A program made the translations under genes and the position numbers. DNA of 64,000 nucleotides from Candidatus Eiseniibacteriota bacterium. Lineage in GTDB: Bacteria > Arandabacterota > Arandabacteria > Arandabacterales > Arandabacteraceae. How positions within the stretch are numbered: position 1 is the first letter of the stretch; each line of letters opens with the position of its first letter. The DNA lies in assembly GCA_043810925.1 (NCBI GenBank), contig JBDRNT010000161.1, positions 77,975 to 141,974 on the forward strand, given 5' to 3'. Positions 9,358-21,400 of the stretch are shown piece after piece. Under the pieces are notes generated by a model. That model ran no database searches. It was not told where the DNA came from and was given only the letters and a program-made list of their open reading frames with translations.

Positions 9358-12300
9358 CGTGATTCCCTCCCCAGAGAAGCGAGTGCCGGTTTGAGCCGTT
9401 CAATCTCTTGCTCCAACTTCTTGAACGCCTCTACCGCATGGTCCAAATCGCCCTCACGCCCAAGCTCTTCGACTCTCTGGGCCGCGTCGAATGCCAACCT
9501 GGCAGCAAAGTTGCCGACCGAGCCCTTAATGGTGTGTGCTGCCCGCTCCAGCTTCTTGCAGTCACCATCTGCCGCTGCCTGCCGCATCCGGTCCATCAGT
9601 ACAGGGCTCTCTTCAAGAAACATCTCGGCGATCTCCTTCAAGAGCTCGACATCACCTTCCATTTGCTTCACCGCTTCCTCCCAGCTTATGACGTCGTCAC
9701 AATGCCCCTCCATCACCGGGGGAATTCCATGTCCACCCTTCCTGCCGCCGACCAGGCTCTCGATTGTCTCGAACATCTCCCCCGCTCGTATGGGCTTGGA
9801 GACATACTTGTCCATCCCTGCTTCCAAGCAGCGCTCACGGTCACCTTTCATCGCATGAGCAGTCATAGCCACGATCGGCACATGGGTACCCGTGACTTTT
9901 TCCTTTTCCCGGATCGCGGACGTCGCCTCAAACCCGTCCATACCCGGCATCTGGATATCCATCAGTATCAGGTCGAAACTGTCGGTGTCATAGACCTCAA
10001 GTGCCTCCTTGCCGTTGGCCGCACTGACCGTTGTGTGTCCGCGCTTTTCAAGCAGTCGTACTACCAGCTTGAGGTTGACCGGGCTGTCTTCGACGACAAG
10101 TATCTTTAGACTGCGTCTTGTCTCCCGCAGCGAGTGTTGTGTTATAAGATCGGTAGGCTTGCCGTCCTTTGGCGTCCTCCCAAGAGCAAGCATGATCGCC
10201 TCCCATAAATCGGATTTCTTCACCGGCTTGACAAGGTAACCTGAAATACCAAGTTCCCTGCACCTGGCGCCGTCGCCGACTCTGCCGGCGGATGTCAACA
10301 TGATGATTGTGGGTTGTGGAAGGTTCGTACGTTTCTTGATGCGCTCGACCAGCCCGAACCCATCCATCTCAGGCATGCGGGCATCGATGATCGCTAGAGG
10401 GAATGCGTGCCCGGTTTCCTTGGCCTGTTCCATCGCTTCAAGGGCGGTATCTCCGCTGCTCATGACAGTCGGGACCATGCCCCAATCAATTGCAAGTGCA
10501 CGAAGCAGTGACCTGCTTGTCGAGTTATCATCGGCAATCAGAATCGGCAGGCCGGTAACCTCGATCCGGCCGTGCTCCGGCACCATGCAAGTCGGAACCC
10601 TCTGAATCGGAAACTCGATGGTGAAGTGGAACGTACTGCCTTTGCCTACCTCGCTATCGACGCCTATCTCTCCACCCATCATGTGCACGAAACGCTTGAC
10701 GATTGCCAGACCCAGACCCGTTCCACCGTATTTGCGCGTTGTCGACCCGTCGACCTGGGTGAACCTGTCGAAGATCGCCGCCCTTTGATCGGCGGGAATG
10801 CCTATCCCGGTGTCCTTGACCTCAAAACGTATCATGCCTGTGTTGGATGTCTCACTGACCAGTCGCGCACGGATGGTGACGTCGCCGCGCTCCGTGAACT
10901 TAAGCGCGTTCCCCGCCAGGTTGATCAGCATCTGGCGCAACCTTCCGGGGTCCCCGCGAAGCCGGGTCGGGACCTCGGGATCGACGAAGCAGGTCAGTTC
11001 TATGCCCTTTTCAGAGGCCTTCTGACCCAGAACGTCCCCGATGCCCTCGACGACGCTCAGCAGGTCAAAGTCGATTGACTCGATTTCCATCTTGCCCGCT
11101 TCGATCTTCGAGAAATCGAGGATGTCGTTTATGATACCGAGCAATGCCGTGCCGCTGCTATAGATCGTGGTCGCGAAGTCCCGATGCTCATTGCGAAGAG
11201 CCGGATCGTCGACGAGGAGCTGTGAGAAGCCGAGAATTCCGTTGAGCGGGGTGCGTATCTCATGGCTCATCATCGCGAGGAATTCGCTCTTGGCTTTGCT
11301 GGCGGACTTTGCCTTCGCAGCCATGTCCCTCGCGAAGACATTTGCCTCCTCCAATTGCTTGTTGGTCTCACGCAACTTTAGATTGGCCCGCTCCGCTGTT
11401 TCCTTGGCCCGGTGAGTCTCCAGTTCCGCGCGCTTGCGCCGGGTTATGTCCTGTGCAACACAAACCAGGCCCTCGAACTTGCCGTCCTCATCACGCATCA
11501 CAGAGCTTGAGAACAGCATGGGGACCTTGGTGCCATGCTTTGCACAATAGATCTTCTCGGTATCGGAAACGTAGCCGTCCTTGATCAACATGTCTGTTAC
11601 CGAACTATCACCCGCTGTGCCTCCAACCACCAGGTCGAACGGTTGTCCTTTGAGCTCGGCCTCTTCATACCCCAGGAGCTTCTGCGCAGCCTGGTTCACC
11701 TTCCGGATCGTCCCGTCTTTTGCCACGATGATCAGCGTGTCGTTCATGGACCGGATGATGTTCTCGACAAAACCCCTTGAGACCGTCGTCTTGATCAGTC
11801 CCTCGGTCATCGCGTTAAACGAGATCACCAGGTCGTCCACCTCGTCCCGGGCCGACGGCGGCGCCTGCAGCTTGTGTTCGAAGTCGCCCTTGGCCACGCG
11901 TGACGCAAAGTGCGAGAGTGACCGGATCGGCGAGATGATTCTTCCCATCACCACAGTCAGGAATCCAAGCAGCGCAAGCATGGCCCCAACGCTTATGATC
12001 AGGGCCTTGAGCCACTGCGCCTGGGCCTGTCTGGCGGCGCCGGAAAGCGACTGGGCCACATCTTGCGCCCGAACGACAACCAGATGGTTGAGGTCGGTCA
12101 GGAGCTTTGTCTTCATTGCAGCCACCACGCGCGTCCGGTCTACGACCTCCCCACCTTTCTGCGGCTCGACGGTGTGAATCTCACTGTATTGTTTCATCGT
12201 GAGATAGGCGTGCTGATGCGCGGCATTGTAGTAGGTGATGAAGTCATCGAATATGCGGCGCAGCTCGGGGGAGTCTGATTCCGGCATCATCCTCACAAGT

Positions 12301-12638
12301 TTTTCGGCATGCAGAAGGAACTGGTCTTTCTGCTTTCTTGCCGTCTCCAGAGCGGCCGTGTTCCCCGTCTGACCCGCCTCCTCAAACAGTCTCGAGACCT
12401 CCTTGAAGGCCTCAGTCAGATGGAGTACTTCGGCATGCTGTTGGAGCGTCAGGAATTCAACCTGGTTGAGGTCTGAGGCGATCCGTCGCGAAGAATTGTA
12501 GCTGATGACCACAACAATTGCCATCGCTCCAATGAACCCGGCCAATAACAGACCGAACTTGGCCTTGAGAGGGAAGCGGAAATTAAGCATACGACGGCCC
12601 CCAGCTTGTGTCTTGAATATGGACATGGGAAATCTCAT
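9354..12638 (-). CDS. Hybrid sensor kinase: TM-HAMP-PAS-HisKA-HATPase-REC-REC-Hpt (BarA-like architecture)
   Basis: [30 protein letters not shown], two receiver domains, AAHTIKGS Hpt. Confidence 0.95.
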   Translation of the reverse strand: MRFPMSIFKTQAGGRRMLNFRFPLKAKFGLLLAGFIGAMAIVVVISYNSSRRIASDLNQVEFLTLQQHAEVLHLTEAFKEVSRLFEEAGQTGNTAALETARKQKDQFLLHAEKLVRMMPESDSPELRRIFDDFITYYNAAHQHAYLTMKQYSEIHTVEPQKGGEVVDRTRVVAAMKTKLLTDLNHLVVVRAQDVAQSLSGAARQAQAQWLKALIISVGAMLALLGFLTVVMGRIISPIRSLSHFASRVAKGDFEHKLQAPPSARDEVDDLVISFNAMTEGLIKTTVSRGFVENIIRSMNDTLIIVAKDGTIRKVNQAAQKLLGYEEAELKGQPFDLVVGGTAGDSSVTDMLIKDGYVSDTEKIYCAKHGTKVPMLFSSSVMRDEDGKFEGLVCVAQDITRRKRAELETHRAKETAERANLKLRETNKQLEEANVFARDMAAKAKSASKAKSEFLAMMSHEIRTPLNGILGFSQLLVDDPALRNEHRDFATTIYSSGTALLGIINDILDFSKIEAGKMEIESIDFDLLSVVEGIGDVLGQKASEKGIELTCFVDPEVPTRLRGDPGRLRQMLINLAGNALKFTERGDVTIRARLVSETSNTGMIRFEVKDTGIGIPADQRAAIFDRFTQVDGSTTRKYGGTGLGLAIVKRFVHMMGGEIGVDSEVGKGSTFHFTIEFPIQRVPTCMVPEHGRIEVTGLPILIADDNSTSRSLLRALAIDWGMVPTVMSSGDTALEAMEQAKETGHAFPLAIIDARMPEMDGFGLVERIKKRTNLPQPTIIMLTSAGRVGDGARCRELGISGYLVKPVKKSDLWEAIMLALGRTPKDGKPTDLITQHSLRETRRSLKILVVEDSPVNLKLVVRLLEKRGHTTVSAANGKEALEVYDTDSFDLILMDIQMPGMDGFEATSAIREKEKVTGTHVPIVAMTAHAMKGDRERCLEAGMDKYVSKPIRAGEMFETIESLVGGRKGGHGIPPVMEGHCDDVISWEEAVKQMEGDVELLKEIAEMFLEESPVLMDRMRQAAADGDCKKLERAAHTIKGSVGNFAARLAFDAAQRVEELGREGDLDHAVEAFKKLEQEIERLKPALASLGRESR

Positions 12639-12735
12639 AGCATTATCGTTCCCGGTTATTCTGTTCCTGTACTTCTTTTATATCGGCACGGTTTGGGCCT
12701 CAGAATAGCTCTTTGATTCCGTTTATGGAGGGGGG

Positions 12736-14847
12736 CTAAGCGGTGGGTAAGCCGCCGAGAGCAGACGAATGGACACCAAGCCCGTATAAATCCCGGACAA
12801 GCCGGTTGAGCTCGTCAAACAACGCATCTTCAGGCACTGCCTGCGACTCGATCCGGCAGACCGTCTCTATGATTCTGTCGGCTCTCGCCCGGTTCGGATG
12901 CGCCGACGGATCAGGAATGGGTAACCTTCTAAGGGCATGGATCTTGACCTGTGGAAATGCCCGTTGCTTGGCTTCATAGGACAGTGCCGCGTAGATCCAG
13001 CGTGCGGCATCGGAATTGAGCACGGCCAGGAGGTACTCAACTGAGAAGGGCTCTTCAACCTTGAGCGCCAGCACACTGTTTCTAAAATGACACTGGTGGA
13101 TGTGACGAGCTGCAATCGGTCTGTCGGCCGTCTGTCTGAGTATGATGTCCGTATTCCTGTAGACTTCTTCAGAGGCCATCCTGAAATACTCCCCTTCCCG
13201 GCACACATATGTCGGATCGAGCCACCGGTCAGGACTGTCGCAACAAAAAGGGTGAATCCGTCTGCCTTCAAGAACCGGGACTGTTTCCGCACCGGGCTCC
13301 TTGAGGATGATCCGCTTCGCAACGTTTCCGGTATGCACGCCCGGGTCGGAGAAAGTCTTAAGGGTCGGATGACGCGCCTGCATCCGCTCACAGACCTTCC
13401 TTGATGCCGATGAATACCACTCATCCTCACCCCGGGGGCGGAAGAAAGTCCTCTTGCCATCTTCATCTATCGCAAGGGCGGATCGTCCCGGCTCACTCAG
13501 CCGTTTCGAGAACATGAAGGTCAAACTCGGGGTGGTCACTCCTTCGAATATGTCCTCACCCCAGTACCGGACCTCTAACAGTTCCCCCGACTCAAGCATG
13601 CGGGACCTGAGCCGCCCGTACCCGGGAAGATGCCCGACCTGACCGGGTACGACCATCGATATCAAGCCCCCCTCTCTTGCGAGCTCGAGCGATCTCGTCA
13701 TGAAGTCCCCGTGGAGGCTCGGCCACCGGCCCGGCCTCGCCGCGGCGTTTCCCTTCTGCCTACCCTCCAGGGCCGCGTACATTCCTCTAGGTTTCTGTCT
13801 ACCCGACAATGAAACGTATGGCGGGTTCCCGATCACGACGTCGAAGCCGGGAGTTCTACGCGCTGAACCGGTTTCGCCTGGGGCGACCTCGGGAAACTCA
13901 GAAGTCCAGTCAAATGACCCCGGACCGCATAAAGAATCCCCACACTTGACGTGAGATTTGAGAAATGGCAGCGGTCTACCCGGAACCCATGCAAAGAGCT
14001 GGAGTGACAGTTCTGCTATTTCCACAGCCATCGGATTGATGTCGACGCCATAGACGCAACGCTCAGCTACCAGATATCTCCACTCCGCCATCGCATCCAC
14101 AACTTTGCTGTCTCGCTTCTCCTCCCGGGCAAGGGCGGCGCCGTATGCCCGGGCAAGGTACTCAACTGTCTCGATGAGAAAGTGGGCTGAACCCATCGCA
14201 GGGTCCAGTACCTTTAGATCCAGAATCTCATCCGACGACAACGGTCTCCCGGAACCGGGCTCCGGCGCTGATCTACAGTTCCCGCCGCCCAATGGACCCA
14301 GAGTTGTGGAGATGATGTACCGGACTATGTTCTCGGGAGTGTAGTATGCCCCCGACCGTTTCCGCCTCGAATCCCGGCCTCGACGCCGCATCTCAAATTC
14401 GGTGACTGGTACCGAATTACCGGGGGAGTACTCAAGCAGAGTTTCGTAGATGGTCCCGAACTCGCGGACATCAAGTTTCTCGTAGTCGATCTCTTCCGTC
14501 TTGCTCAGAATGTCGCTTGCACGAGCAAGGGAGTGTTCCGGAACCTCCAGCAAGGAAAGCAATGGATGTGTGTCGGGATCGAACAGCCTGCTCCGGCCAT
14601 CGAGGATCAGGGCGCATGGGCGATTGCGTACCGGGCTGGTGTGGATTCCGGGTCCGGGCATATGTCGACTTTGGGCGTAGAAGCCGAAGAGCAGCCTGAA
14701 GATCACTGCAATAGACTCATTCAGTATGGCTTCAGGAGTGATCGGGTGGGCATCGAGGATCCCGGGATTGGACCGGACGAAGTGGGTAAGCCCCTCCCCA
14801 ATCGCTTCGACCGCGAGGACTGCACTGCCTTTGAGATCGACTGCCAT
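12736..14847 (-). CDS. N6-adenine DNA methyltransferase (Eco57I/TaqI-like MTase plus TRD, no nuclease domain seen)
   Basis: GAYYTP, LDPAMGSAHF (motif I), GVDINP, IGNPPY (motif IV), TaqI-C-like YLLAVLNS. Start taken at ATG 14847. Confidence 0.85.
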   Translation of the reverse strand: MAVDLKGSAVLAVEAIGEGLTHFVRSNPGILDAHPITPEAILNESIAVIFRLLFGFYAQSRHMPGPGIHTSPVRNRPCALILDGRSRLFDPDTHPLLSLLEVPEHSLARASDILSKTEEIDYEKLDVREFGTIYETLLEYSPGNSVPVTEFEMRRRGRDSRRKRSGAYYTPENIVRYIISTTLGPLGGGNCRSAPEPGSGRPLSSDEILDLKVLDPAMGSAHFLIETVEYLARAYGAALAREEKRDSKVVDAMAEWRYLVAERCVYGVDINPMAVEIAELSLQLFAWVPGRPLPFLKSHVKCGDSLCGPGSFDWTSEFPEVAPGETGSARRTPGFDVVIGNPPYVSLSGRQKPRGMYAALEGRQKGNAAARPGRWPSLHGDFMTRSLELAREGGLISMVVPGQVGHLPGYGRLRSRMLESGELLEVRYWGEDIFEGVTTPSLTFMFSKRLSEPGRSALAIDEDGKRTFFRPRGEDEWYSSASRKVCERMQARHPTLKTFSDPGVHTGNVAKRIILKEPGAETVPVLEGRRIHPFCCDSPDRWLDPTYVCREGEYFRMASEEVYRNTDIILRQTADRPIAARHIHQCHFRNSVLALKVEEPFSVEYLLAVLNSDAARWIYAALSYEAKQRAFPQVKIHALRRLPIPDPSAHPNRARADRIIETVCRIESQAVPEDALFDELNRLVRDLYGLGVHSSALGGLPTA

Positions 14848-15185
14848 GATGCGTCGAGTACCTCCGTGCTCCAGCGTACCGCAGCAGACCAGCACTTTTC
14901 AATGTTCGACTGGACACCTCGGGGCGGTTGGCGAAGCGCCTTCGAGCGAATCTGATCGTGAGGAAAGAGAATTCTCACGCGCTGACCGTTAAGAAACCGT
15001 GCATGTCTGAGGGCGAAGCCCGAGTTCACGATTTCAGGGAACACGCGTAGAGAATTCCCGAAACGACCAGCCTGAGCGTAGAAGGTCGCTTCGCCAACCG
15101 ATCTTTGGTGTCACCAGCGGAATTGCAATTGCCCTGGCGTATCGGTATGATGGTATCCGGTCTTGTGGGAGCAGGGAGGAGACTC

Positions 15186-18100
15186 TTGGTAGCAAAAGCT
15201 GAACACGGGCTTCACAGACTGGTGACGGGTGACTATCCTCGCCTCCAGGAGGTCTTCGTCAGGGAGGTCACCCGGCTTCGGGATCACGATAAGCTCAACC
15301 CGCTCATTGTCCTTGTGTCCTCACGTCTCCTGGGTCTCCATCTCCGGCGTTTCCTGGCGGCCCGGGGAACAGCCCACATCAATCTTCGCTTCTTGAGACT
15401 GGAGGATCTGGCAGCGGAGGTCGCGGCACCTGCTCTTGCCGCACAGGGTAGGGGGCGGGTCCCTTCATTCGCATCTGAGATGATAATAAGTACCGCTGCC
15501 GACCAACTCGCCTGCGATGATAAGAAGTTCTACTTCCGCGGAATCGCCGACAGACCGGGCTTTCACCAGGCGGCGCTTTCAACTATCGAGGATCTCAAGA
15601 AAGCCTGTCTCTCACCCGGCGACCTGAAGGCCGCCATCCGCGTGCCCGGTGTTAAGCGTGGTATCAATGAGGCCAAGGTGGGGGATCTCCTCAAGTTGTG
15701 GAAGGTGTATGAGGAGAGACTCGGTGACCATGACTGGTTCGACGAATGTGACCTGATGCGGGAGGCGGTCCGGCTGGTCCCGACATCCGGGGTGATCGAC
15801 AAGGCATCCGCCATAATCGTCTACGGCTTCTATGACTTCAACACTCTCCAGCAGCAGTTGCTTCAGTCATGCTTCCAGTCCAGGAACACCGTATGTTTTG
15901 TACCGTACAAATCACAGCCGGCATTCGAGTACGCAGAACCCGTAATCTCCTGGCTCAAATCTAATGCTTTCAAAGAAGACCCGGTTTCCGAAGACCGCTC
16001 CGGACCGAACCGGGAACCGGTCATCCAGCATCTCTGCGACCACCTTTTCAGCGAGGGGCGATCGGCAGAGAACCCTGAGGACGCAATAACAATCATATCG
16101 GCACCCGGTGAACTCCGCGAGGTTCGCGAGACCATACGCGATGTTGTCACAAGAGCCCGGCGCGATGAGATGCCCTTCCACGAAGTCGGTATCCTCTTGA
16201 GAAACACCGAGCCGTATGCAGGCATATTCCGCGAAGCACTTGACAACCTTGGGTTCAAGCCCTATATGCCCGAGGGCACTCCGCTTTCGGCCACCCGCTC
16301 CGGCAGAAGCCTGCTCCTTATGCTTGATATCCTGCGGCACGATTTCGCCAGGCGGACGGTGATGGAATTCACCACATTTGCGAAGCTTCGAAATACCGGC
16401 GCCCCCGGCCGGGACGATACGTCATCACCGGCCCCATTGTGGGATGTCATCTCGATGGAGGCGGGAGTAGTCGGAGGGGCCGATGAATGGCTTGCCCGTC
16501 TCAAGAGACACTGCAGGGAACTCAGGGAAGAACACGATCAAGACGATCGCGAAGAGTCGACGTCACCGGGAAGCCCGCAATCCCGATCGAGGATTATTGC
16601 GGCAGAGTCGCTCTGCGAGTTCATCGATAAGGTCATCGCAGGTCTCACCGCCGTCAAAGACGGACACACCTGGACTGATAAGACGGTCGGACTCATCGAT
16701 GCTTTCTCAAACCTTGTCGAAGATGACGAACACACCGGCGACATCAAGACCGCGCTTGAGCAGCTTAAGGACCTGGATGAGTTTGGAACCTCCCCGTCCG
16801 AGGAGGAGTTCTATGGGTTCGCTGAGGACTCCCTCGCCGCTTCAACCGGGCCCGCAGGCAGGTTTCAACGTAACGGCCCCGCAGTCTTAAACCTGATGGC
16901 GTCCCGCGGGATCCCCTTCAGAATGGTTGTGTTGCCCGGGATGGTGGAGAAGTCGTTTCCGCCTGTGGTGCGTCAGGATGCGATCCTGCTTGACGACGAA
17001 CGCGCGGCCTTAAACCAGGCTCTGACAAAGACCGATTCCGGTCCGCTCAGGCTCAAGGCAAGGGACCGGCTTGATGAGGAGCGTTTGCTCTTCCGCCTGG
17101 CAGTGGGCGCCGCCGGGGAGAAACTTCTCATAACGTATCCGCGGATCGAGATTGCCACGGCGCGCGAGCGCCTGCCATCATCGCTCCTGCTTGCAGCTAT
17201 CAAGGCACTCTCCGGAAGACAGGTCGACTTCGAGGCGGTGGAGCGCTTCGGAGGATTCAAACGGATCGCGCTGGCCCAACTGGCGACCGGCGAGCCCGGA
17301 GAGTCACTTGACCGGCTCGAGTATGACCTTGCGAAGGCCCTGCACGAGATCGCCGACCGCAAGCCACGCCATCTGCTCTTGCTCCGGGAAACCTGCAATC
17401 CATTTAACCGCGCCCTCAAACTTGAGGCCGAGCGGTGGGGGAGGCGGGTCTTCACCAGTTATGATGGTGTTCTGTCTACCAGGGGACCTAAAACCGCACT
17501 TCCGGGTATTCACTCAATCGCAAGCCGGACGGTCTCCCCTACGCGACTTGAGACTTATGCCAGATGCCCGTACCGGTATCTTCTTGAGAGCGTGATGAGG
17601 ATTGAACCCCTCGTTGAGCCGGAGCGCGCCGAGAGAATCAGCCCACTCGACAGGGGTAAGCTCATACACCAGATCCTGTGGGAGTTTCTTATGCAGATTA
17701 AGAAGGAGCGCGGCTTCCCGGTCAGGATCCAGCCCGGCGACCGGGATATGCTGAAGAAAATAGCCACCCGCCGGTTCGCGGAGTTCGAGCAGCATGGGAA
17801 CACAGGGTACCCCGCATTATGGGCGATCGAGCAGGATACGATCTTCGGAGATCTCGATCGCTTCGTCGAAGAGCAGGTCCCCGAGACGGAGTTCCTCCCG
17901 GCCTATTTCGAAGTACGCTACGGGATGAAGCCCTATGACGCCGAGGAGAGTGAGATATCGACTGAGACGCCCGTGCCGCTTTCCATCGGGAATCGCGAGA
18001 TCTCAATCAGGGGAAAGATTGACCGGATCGACATCTCGCCGGACGGGAAACGCGGTCGCGTGATCGATTACAAGTCAGGCAGAGCATATGGCCGGGCTAA

Positions 18101-18485
18101 CGATCTCGGCGGAGGTGCGAATCTCCAGCTTCCGCTTTACATGATCGCGGCAGAGTGGATTCTTAAGGACCTTCACAAGGCCATACGGATGGAAGGAGCC
18201 GAATACTACCACATCACCGAGGAGAAGGATAAGAAACGTCATGTCGGATTCGATCGTGAAACCCTCGAGTCGAGGACGCAGGACCTGGCGACCATCATAG
18301 ATACCATAGTCGATTCCATTGAGTGCGGGCTCTTCTTTGCCAGCCCCGGTGAACATTGCGGTTCCTGTGACTACGAGTTCATTTGCGGTGCGTACCGGCA
18401 CACCATATTTGAAATGAAATGCGAGGATCCGGCGGCAAGGGGTCTCATGAAGATCAGAGACACTGAGGGTGTAGACGCCGAGTAG
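15186..18485 (+). CDS. addB: AddB/RexB-like subunit with PD-(D/E)XK nuclease and Fe-S cysteines
   Basis: SPTRLETYARCPY, IRGKIDRID, IDYKSG, LQLPLY, CGSCDYEFIC. TTG start after GGGAGG. Confidence 0.85.
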   Translation: MVAKAEHGLHRLVTGDYPRLQEVFVREVTRLRDHDKLNPLIVLVSSRLLGLHLRRFLAARGTAHINLRFLRLEDLAAEVAAPALAAQGRGRVPSFASEMIISTAADQLACDDKKFYFRGIADRPGFHQAALSTIEDLKKACLSPGDLKAAIRVPGVKRGINEAKVGDLLKLWKVYEERLGDHDWFDECDLMREAVRLVPTSGVIDKASAIIVYGFYDFNTLQQQLLQSCFQSRNTVCFVPYKSQPAFEYAEPVISWLKSNAFKEDPVSEDRSGPNREPVIQHLCDHLFSEGRSAENPEDAITIISAPGELREVRETIRDVVTRARRDEMPFHEVGILLRNTEPYAGIFREALDNLGFKPYMPEGTPLSATRSGRSLLLMLDILRHDFARRTVMEFTTFAKLRNTGAPGRDDTSSPAPLWDVISMEAGVVGGADEWLARLKRHCRELREEHDQDDREESTSPGSPQSRSRIIAAESLCEFIDKVIAGLTAVKDGHTWTDKTVGLIDAFSNLVEDDEHTGDIKTALEQLKDLDEFGTSPSEEEFYGFAEDSLAASTGPAGRFQRNGPAVLNLMASRGIPFRMVVLPGMVEKSFPPVVRQDAILLDDERAALNQALTKTDSGPLRLKARDRLDEERLLFRLAVGAAGEKLLITYPRIEIATARERLPSSLLLAAIKALSGRQVDFEAVERFGGFKRIALAQLATGEPGESLDRLEYDLAKALHEIADRKPRHLLLLRETCNPFNRALKLEAERWGRRVFTSYDGVLSTRGPKTALPGIHSIASRTVSPTRLETYARCPYRYLLESVMRIEPLVEPERAERISPLDRGKLIHQILWEFLMQIKKERGFPVRIQPGDRDMLKKIATRRFAEFEQHGNTGYPALWAIEQDTIFGDLDRFVEEQVPETEFLPAYFEVRYGMKPYDAEESEISTETPVPLSIGNREISIRGKIDRIDISPDGKRGRVIDYKSGRAYGRANDLGGGANLQLPLYMIAAEWILKDLHKAIRMEGAEYYHITEEKDKKRHVGFDRETLESRTQDLATIIDTIVDSIECGLFFASPGEHCGSCDYEFICGAYRHTIFEMKCEDPAARGLMKIRDTEGVDAE

Positions 18486-18491
18486 GAGTGT

Positions 18492-21400
18492 TTGAAGGTG
18501 GACAGACGGGAACTCGTCGATAGGCGTGACAGAGATCGGGCCTCCACGGATCTGTCTAAGAACTACATCGTTGAGGCCGCTGCCGGGACAGGCAAGACGA
18601 CGACGCTTGTTTCTCGAATTGTAAATCTCGTAACCGGGAAACGCGCCGCTCCCGACAATATCGTGGCCATTACCTTCACCGAACGGGCCGCTGCTGAACT
18701 CAAGGCCAAACTGAGGGAACGTCTTGCAGGTGAGCTCTCGGGAGGACCCGGTGATTGCGCAGCCCACGTAGAGGAAGCGCTCCGCGGGCTTGAGCGGATG
18801 CAGGTTACGACGATCCACTCCTTCTCTGCGGCGCTCCTTAAGGAACGGCCGGTCGAGGCAGGTGTCGATCCCGGTTTTGAGGTGGCAGACGAGATAGTAT
18901 CCACACTGATTGCCGAAGAGGTCTGGCAGGAATGGCTTTCGAGGCACATGGATGGTGACGACCCCGACCTGAGACACGCGCTCCTCCTCGGTATGACGCT
19001 CGAACACATGCGCGGCCTGGCGCAGACCATGCGCGGCAATCGTGATGTGCTCGACCTGCTGCCCAGGGCACGTGATATCGGTTCTGAAGCCGAGGATTTC
19101 GTGGGTGCCTTTGGCAAGATTCTGGACGAGCTCAAGACGATGACCGACGAGCACTGCACCTCCGCCGCCGACAAAGCCGCCCTCCATATCAAAGAACTCA
19201 CCGAGTGCGCACGTGAGCTCGCAAAGATCAAGGACCGCAAACAGATTGAGGCTTTCATCTTCACGCAGATCAGATTCCGTTCGACCGGGCGGCTCGGTAA
19301 CAAGGGCAACTGGTCGCCGGCGGAGACGCTCGGTGGTGTCCGCGAAAAGATCGAGGAGGCAAGTGAGACTCACTCCAATCTTGCCCTCAGAATCGGGCAT
19401 AACGCGCTCGCCACGCTCATGCATAGACTGCTCGACTACATATCTGCCTACGAGCGGGCCAAGGCAAACAAGGGGGTTCTTGACTTCCATGATCTCTTGA
19501 TACTTTCCCGTGCCATGCTAAGAGACCATGCCCATGTCCGGGACTATTTCCGGAAGCGTTACAAGTACCTTCTCGTAGACGAGTTTCAGGATACGGACCC
19601 GCTCCAGGCGGAGATCATCTTCTTCCTTTCCGAAGAGCAGGCGGGCAGTGCCAGAACCTGGGAGGATGCCGTCCCCGCCCCGGGCCGGCTCTTTCTGGTT
19701 GGTGATCCCAAGCAGAGCATCTACCGTTTCCGGAGAGCCGATATCGAAATGTATGCGTCCGCGAAGGCCAAACTCGGAAAGGGTGCACTCTTAAGCATCC
19801 ACCAGAACTTCCGCTGCGTACCATCCATTGTGGCCGTCGTGAATTCCATCTTCTCAGGTCTGATCCGTCCTCCCGAAGACGGTGCGTATCAGCCCGACTA
19901 CGTTCCTCTCCACTTCGGCAGAGCCGAGGAAACCCTGCCCCCTGAACACGGTGTGGTACTCGTCTATCCGCCTGAGAGCGTGAGAGAATCGATGACGAGT
20001 GCTGAAGAGAGACGCACGTATGAATCCCGCTGCATCGCGGCCCTCATCAGAGAGATGGTCGGGGGCGGGGCGAAGTCCGTTTGGGATGCACAGGAAGAGC
20101 GCCTCCGGCCCGTTATGCTGAAAGACATTGCTATTCTCTTAAGAGCACAGACGGGACTTGACACACTCGAGGATGCCTTAAGGCTCCACGAGGTCGACTA
20201 CCGGGTGATCGGCGGCAAGCACTTCTTCATGCGCCAGGAGGTCCAGCAGTTGCTTGCCGTACTGCGCTCGATTGAAAACCCGTATGACACGATCGCACTC
20301 ATCGCTGCGCTGCGGTCGCCCTTCTTCGGAATCTCCGACGATGAGATCTTCATGCATCATGCCCGAGCAGGGGGACTCAATTACCTCCGCTCCACCGGCA
20401 ACTCAACCCCGGCGGGTGAGGCCCTCAACCTGCTTGCATCGCTCCATGAGATCCGAAACGACGTCAGTGTCGAAGCTCTGCTTCACAAACTCTACTGCCT
20501 TACCGATGCACCGGTCACATACCTGCTCAAACCCAACGGTGAGCAACGCGTGGCGAACCTGCTCAAACTCGCCGACATAGCGCGTGCACTTTATGAGCGG
20601 GGCGTTTACACGCTCCGCGGCTTTGTGAGCTGGCTGTCCGAGCGAGAGGAAGAGCAAGCCGAGGAGTCCGAGGCCGTAACGGTTGAGGCAGGTGATGACT
20701 TCGTGCGTATCCTGACGGTGCACAAGGCCAAGGGCCTTGAGTTCCCGGTCGTTATCCTCACTGATCTCGCAAAGATGCCCTATTCCCGGTCTGAACGCTT
20801 TATCCTCGACCGGGCCGACCAGCAGATCGGGGTACTCGCAGGCAGTAAGTCGGACGGCGTGAGAACCGAAAACTATGAAACTCTCTCCGACTTCGAGGAC
20901 AAGCGATCACAGGCCGAAGAGCAGCGTCTGCTCTATGTCGCCATGACCCGGGCACGTGACTTCCTGGTCATACCCGCCTACTGGATGTCGGACAGAGAGA
21001 CCACCAAGGATGGAACGCCAAGACCGGGTTCGCTCTTAAGCTATATTGCCGATAAGCTGCCGGATGCTGAGACTGCAATGGCGACTGGCTGCCCGGAGGG
21101 GATGATGCTCCATGATGCCTCCGGTCTCGATCTCGAACCGGGGACGCCTCCTCCCTTCCGGCTCAAGGTGGGCCGTTCCGGTACCCCGGGCGCGAAGACC
21201 GCTGCAAAGGAGCTCGCCCGCTGGCAGGATTCTCAGGATTCACTTGCCGCATCCTTCGAACGGGGCCGGGCACTAGTGGCCGCAACCGAGGGCGTACATC
21301 TCGACGGGACGGCAGAGCCGGGCGAGGGAGTGCTCTTCGGGAACCTTGTCCACAGGCTGCTCGAGGTGATCGACTGGGAGCGGCGAGACGGTCTCGAAAG

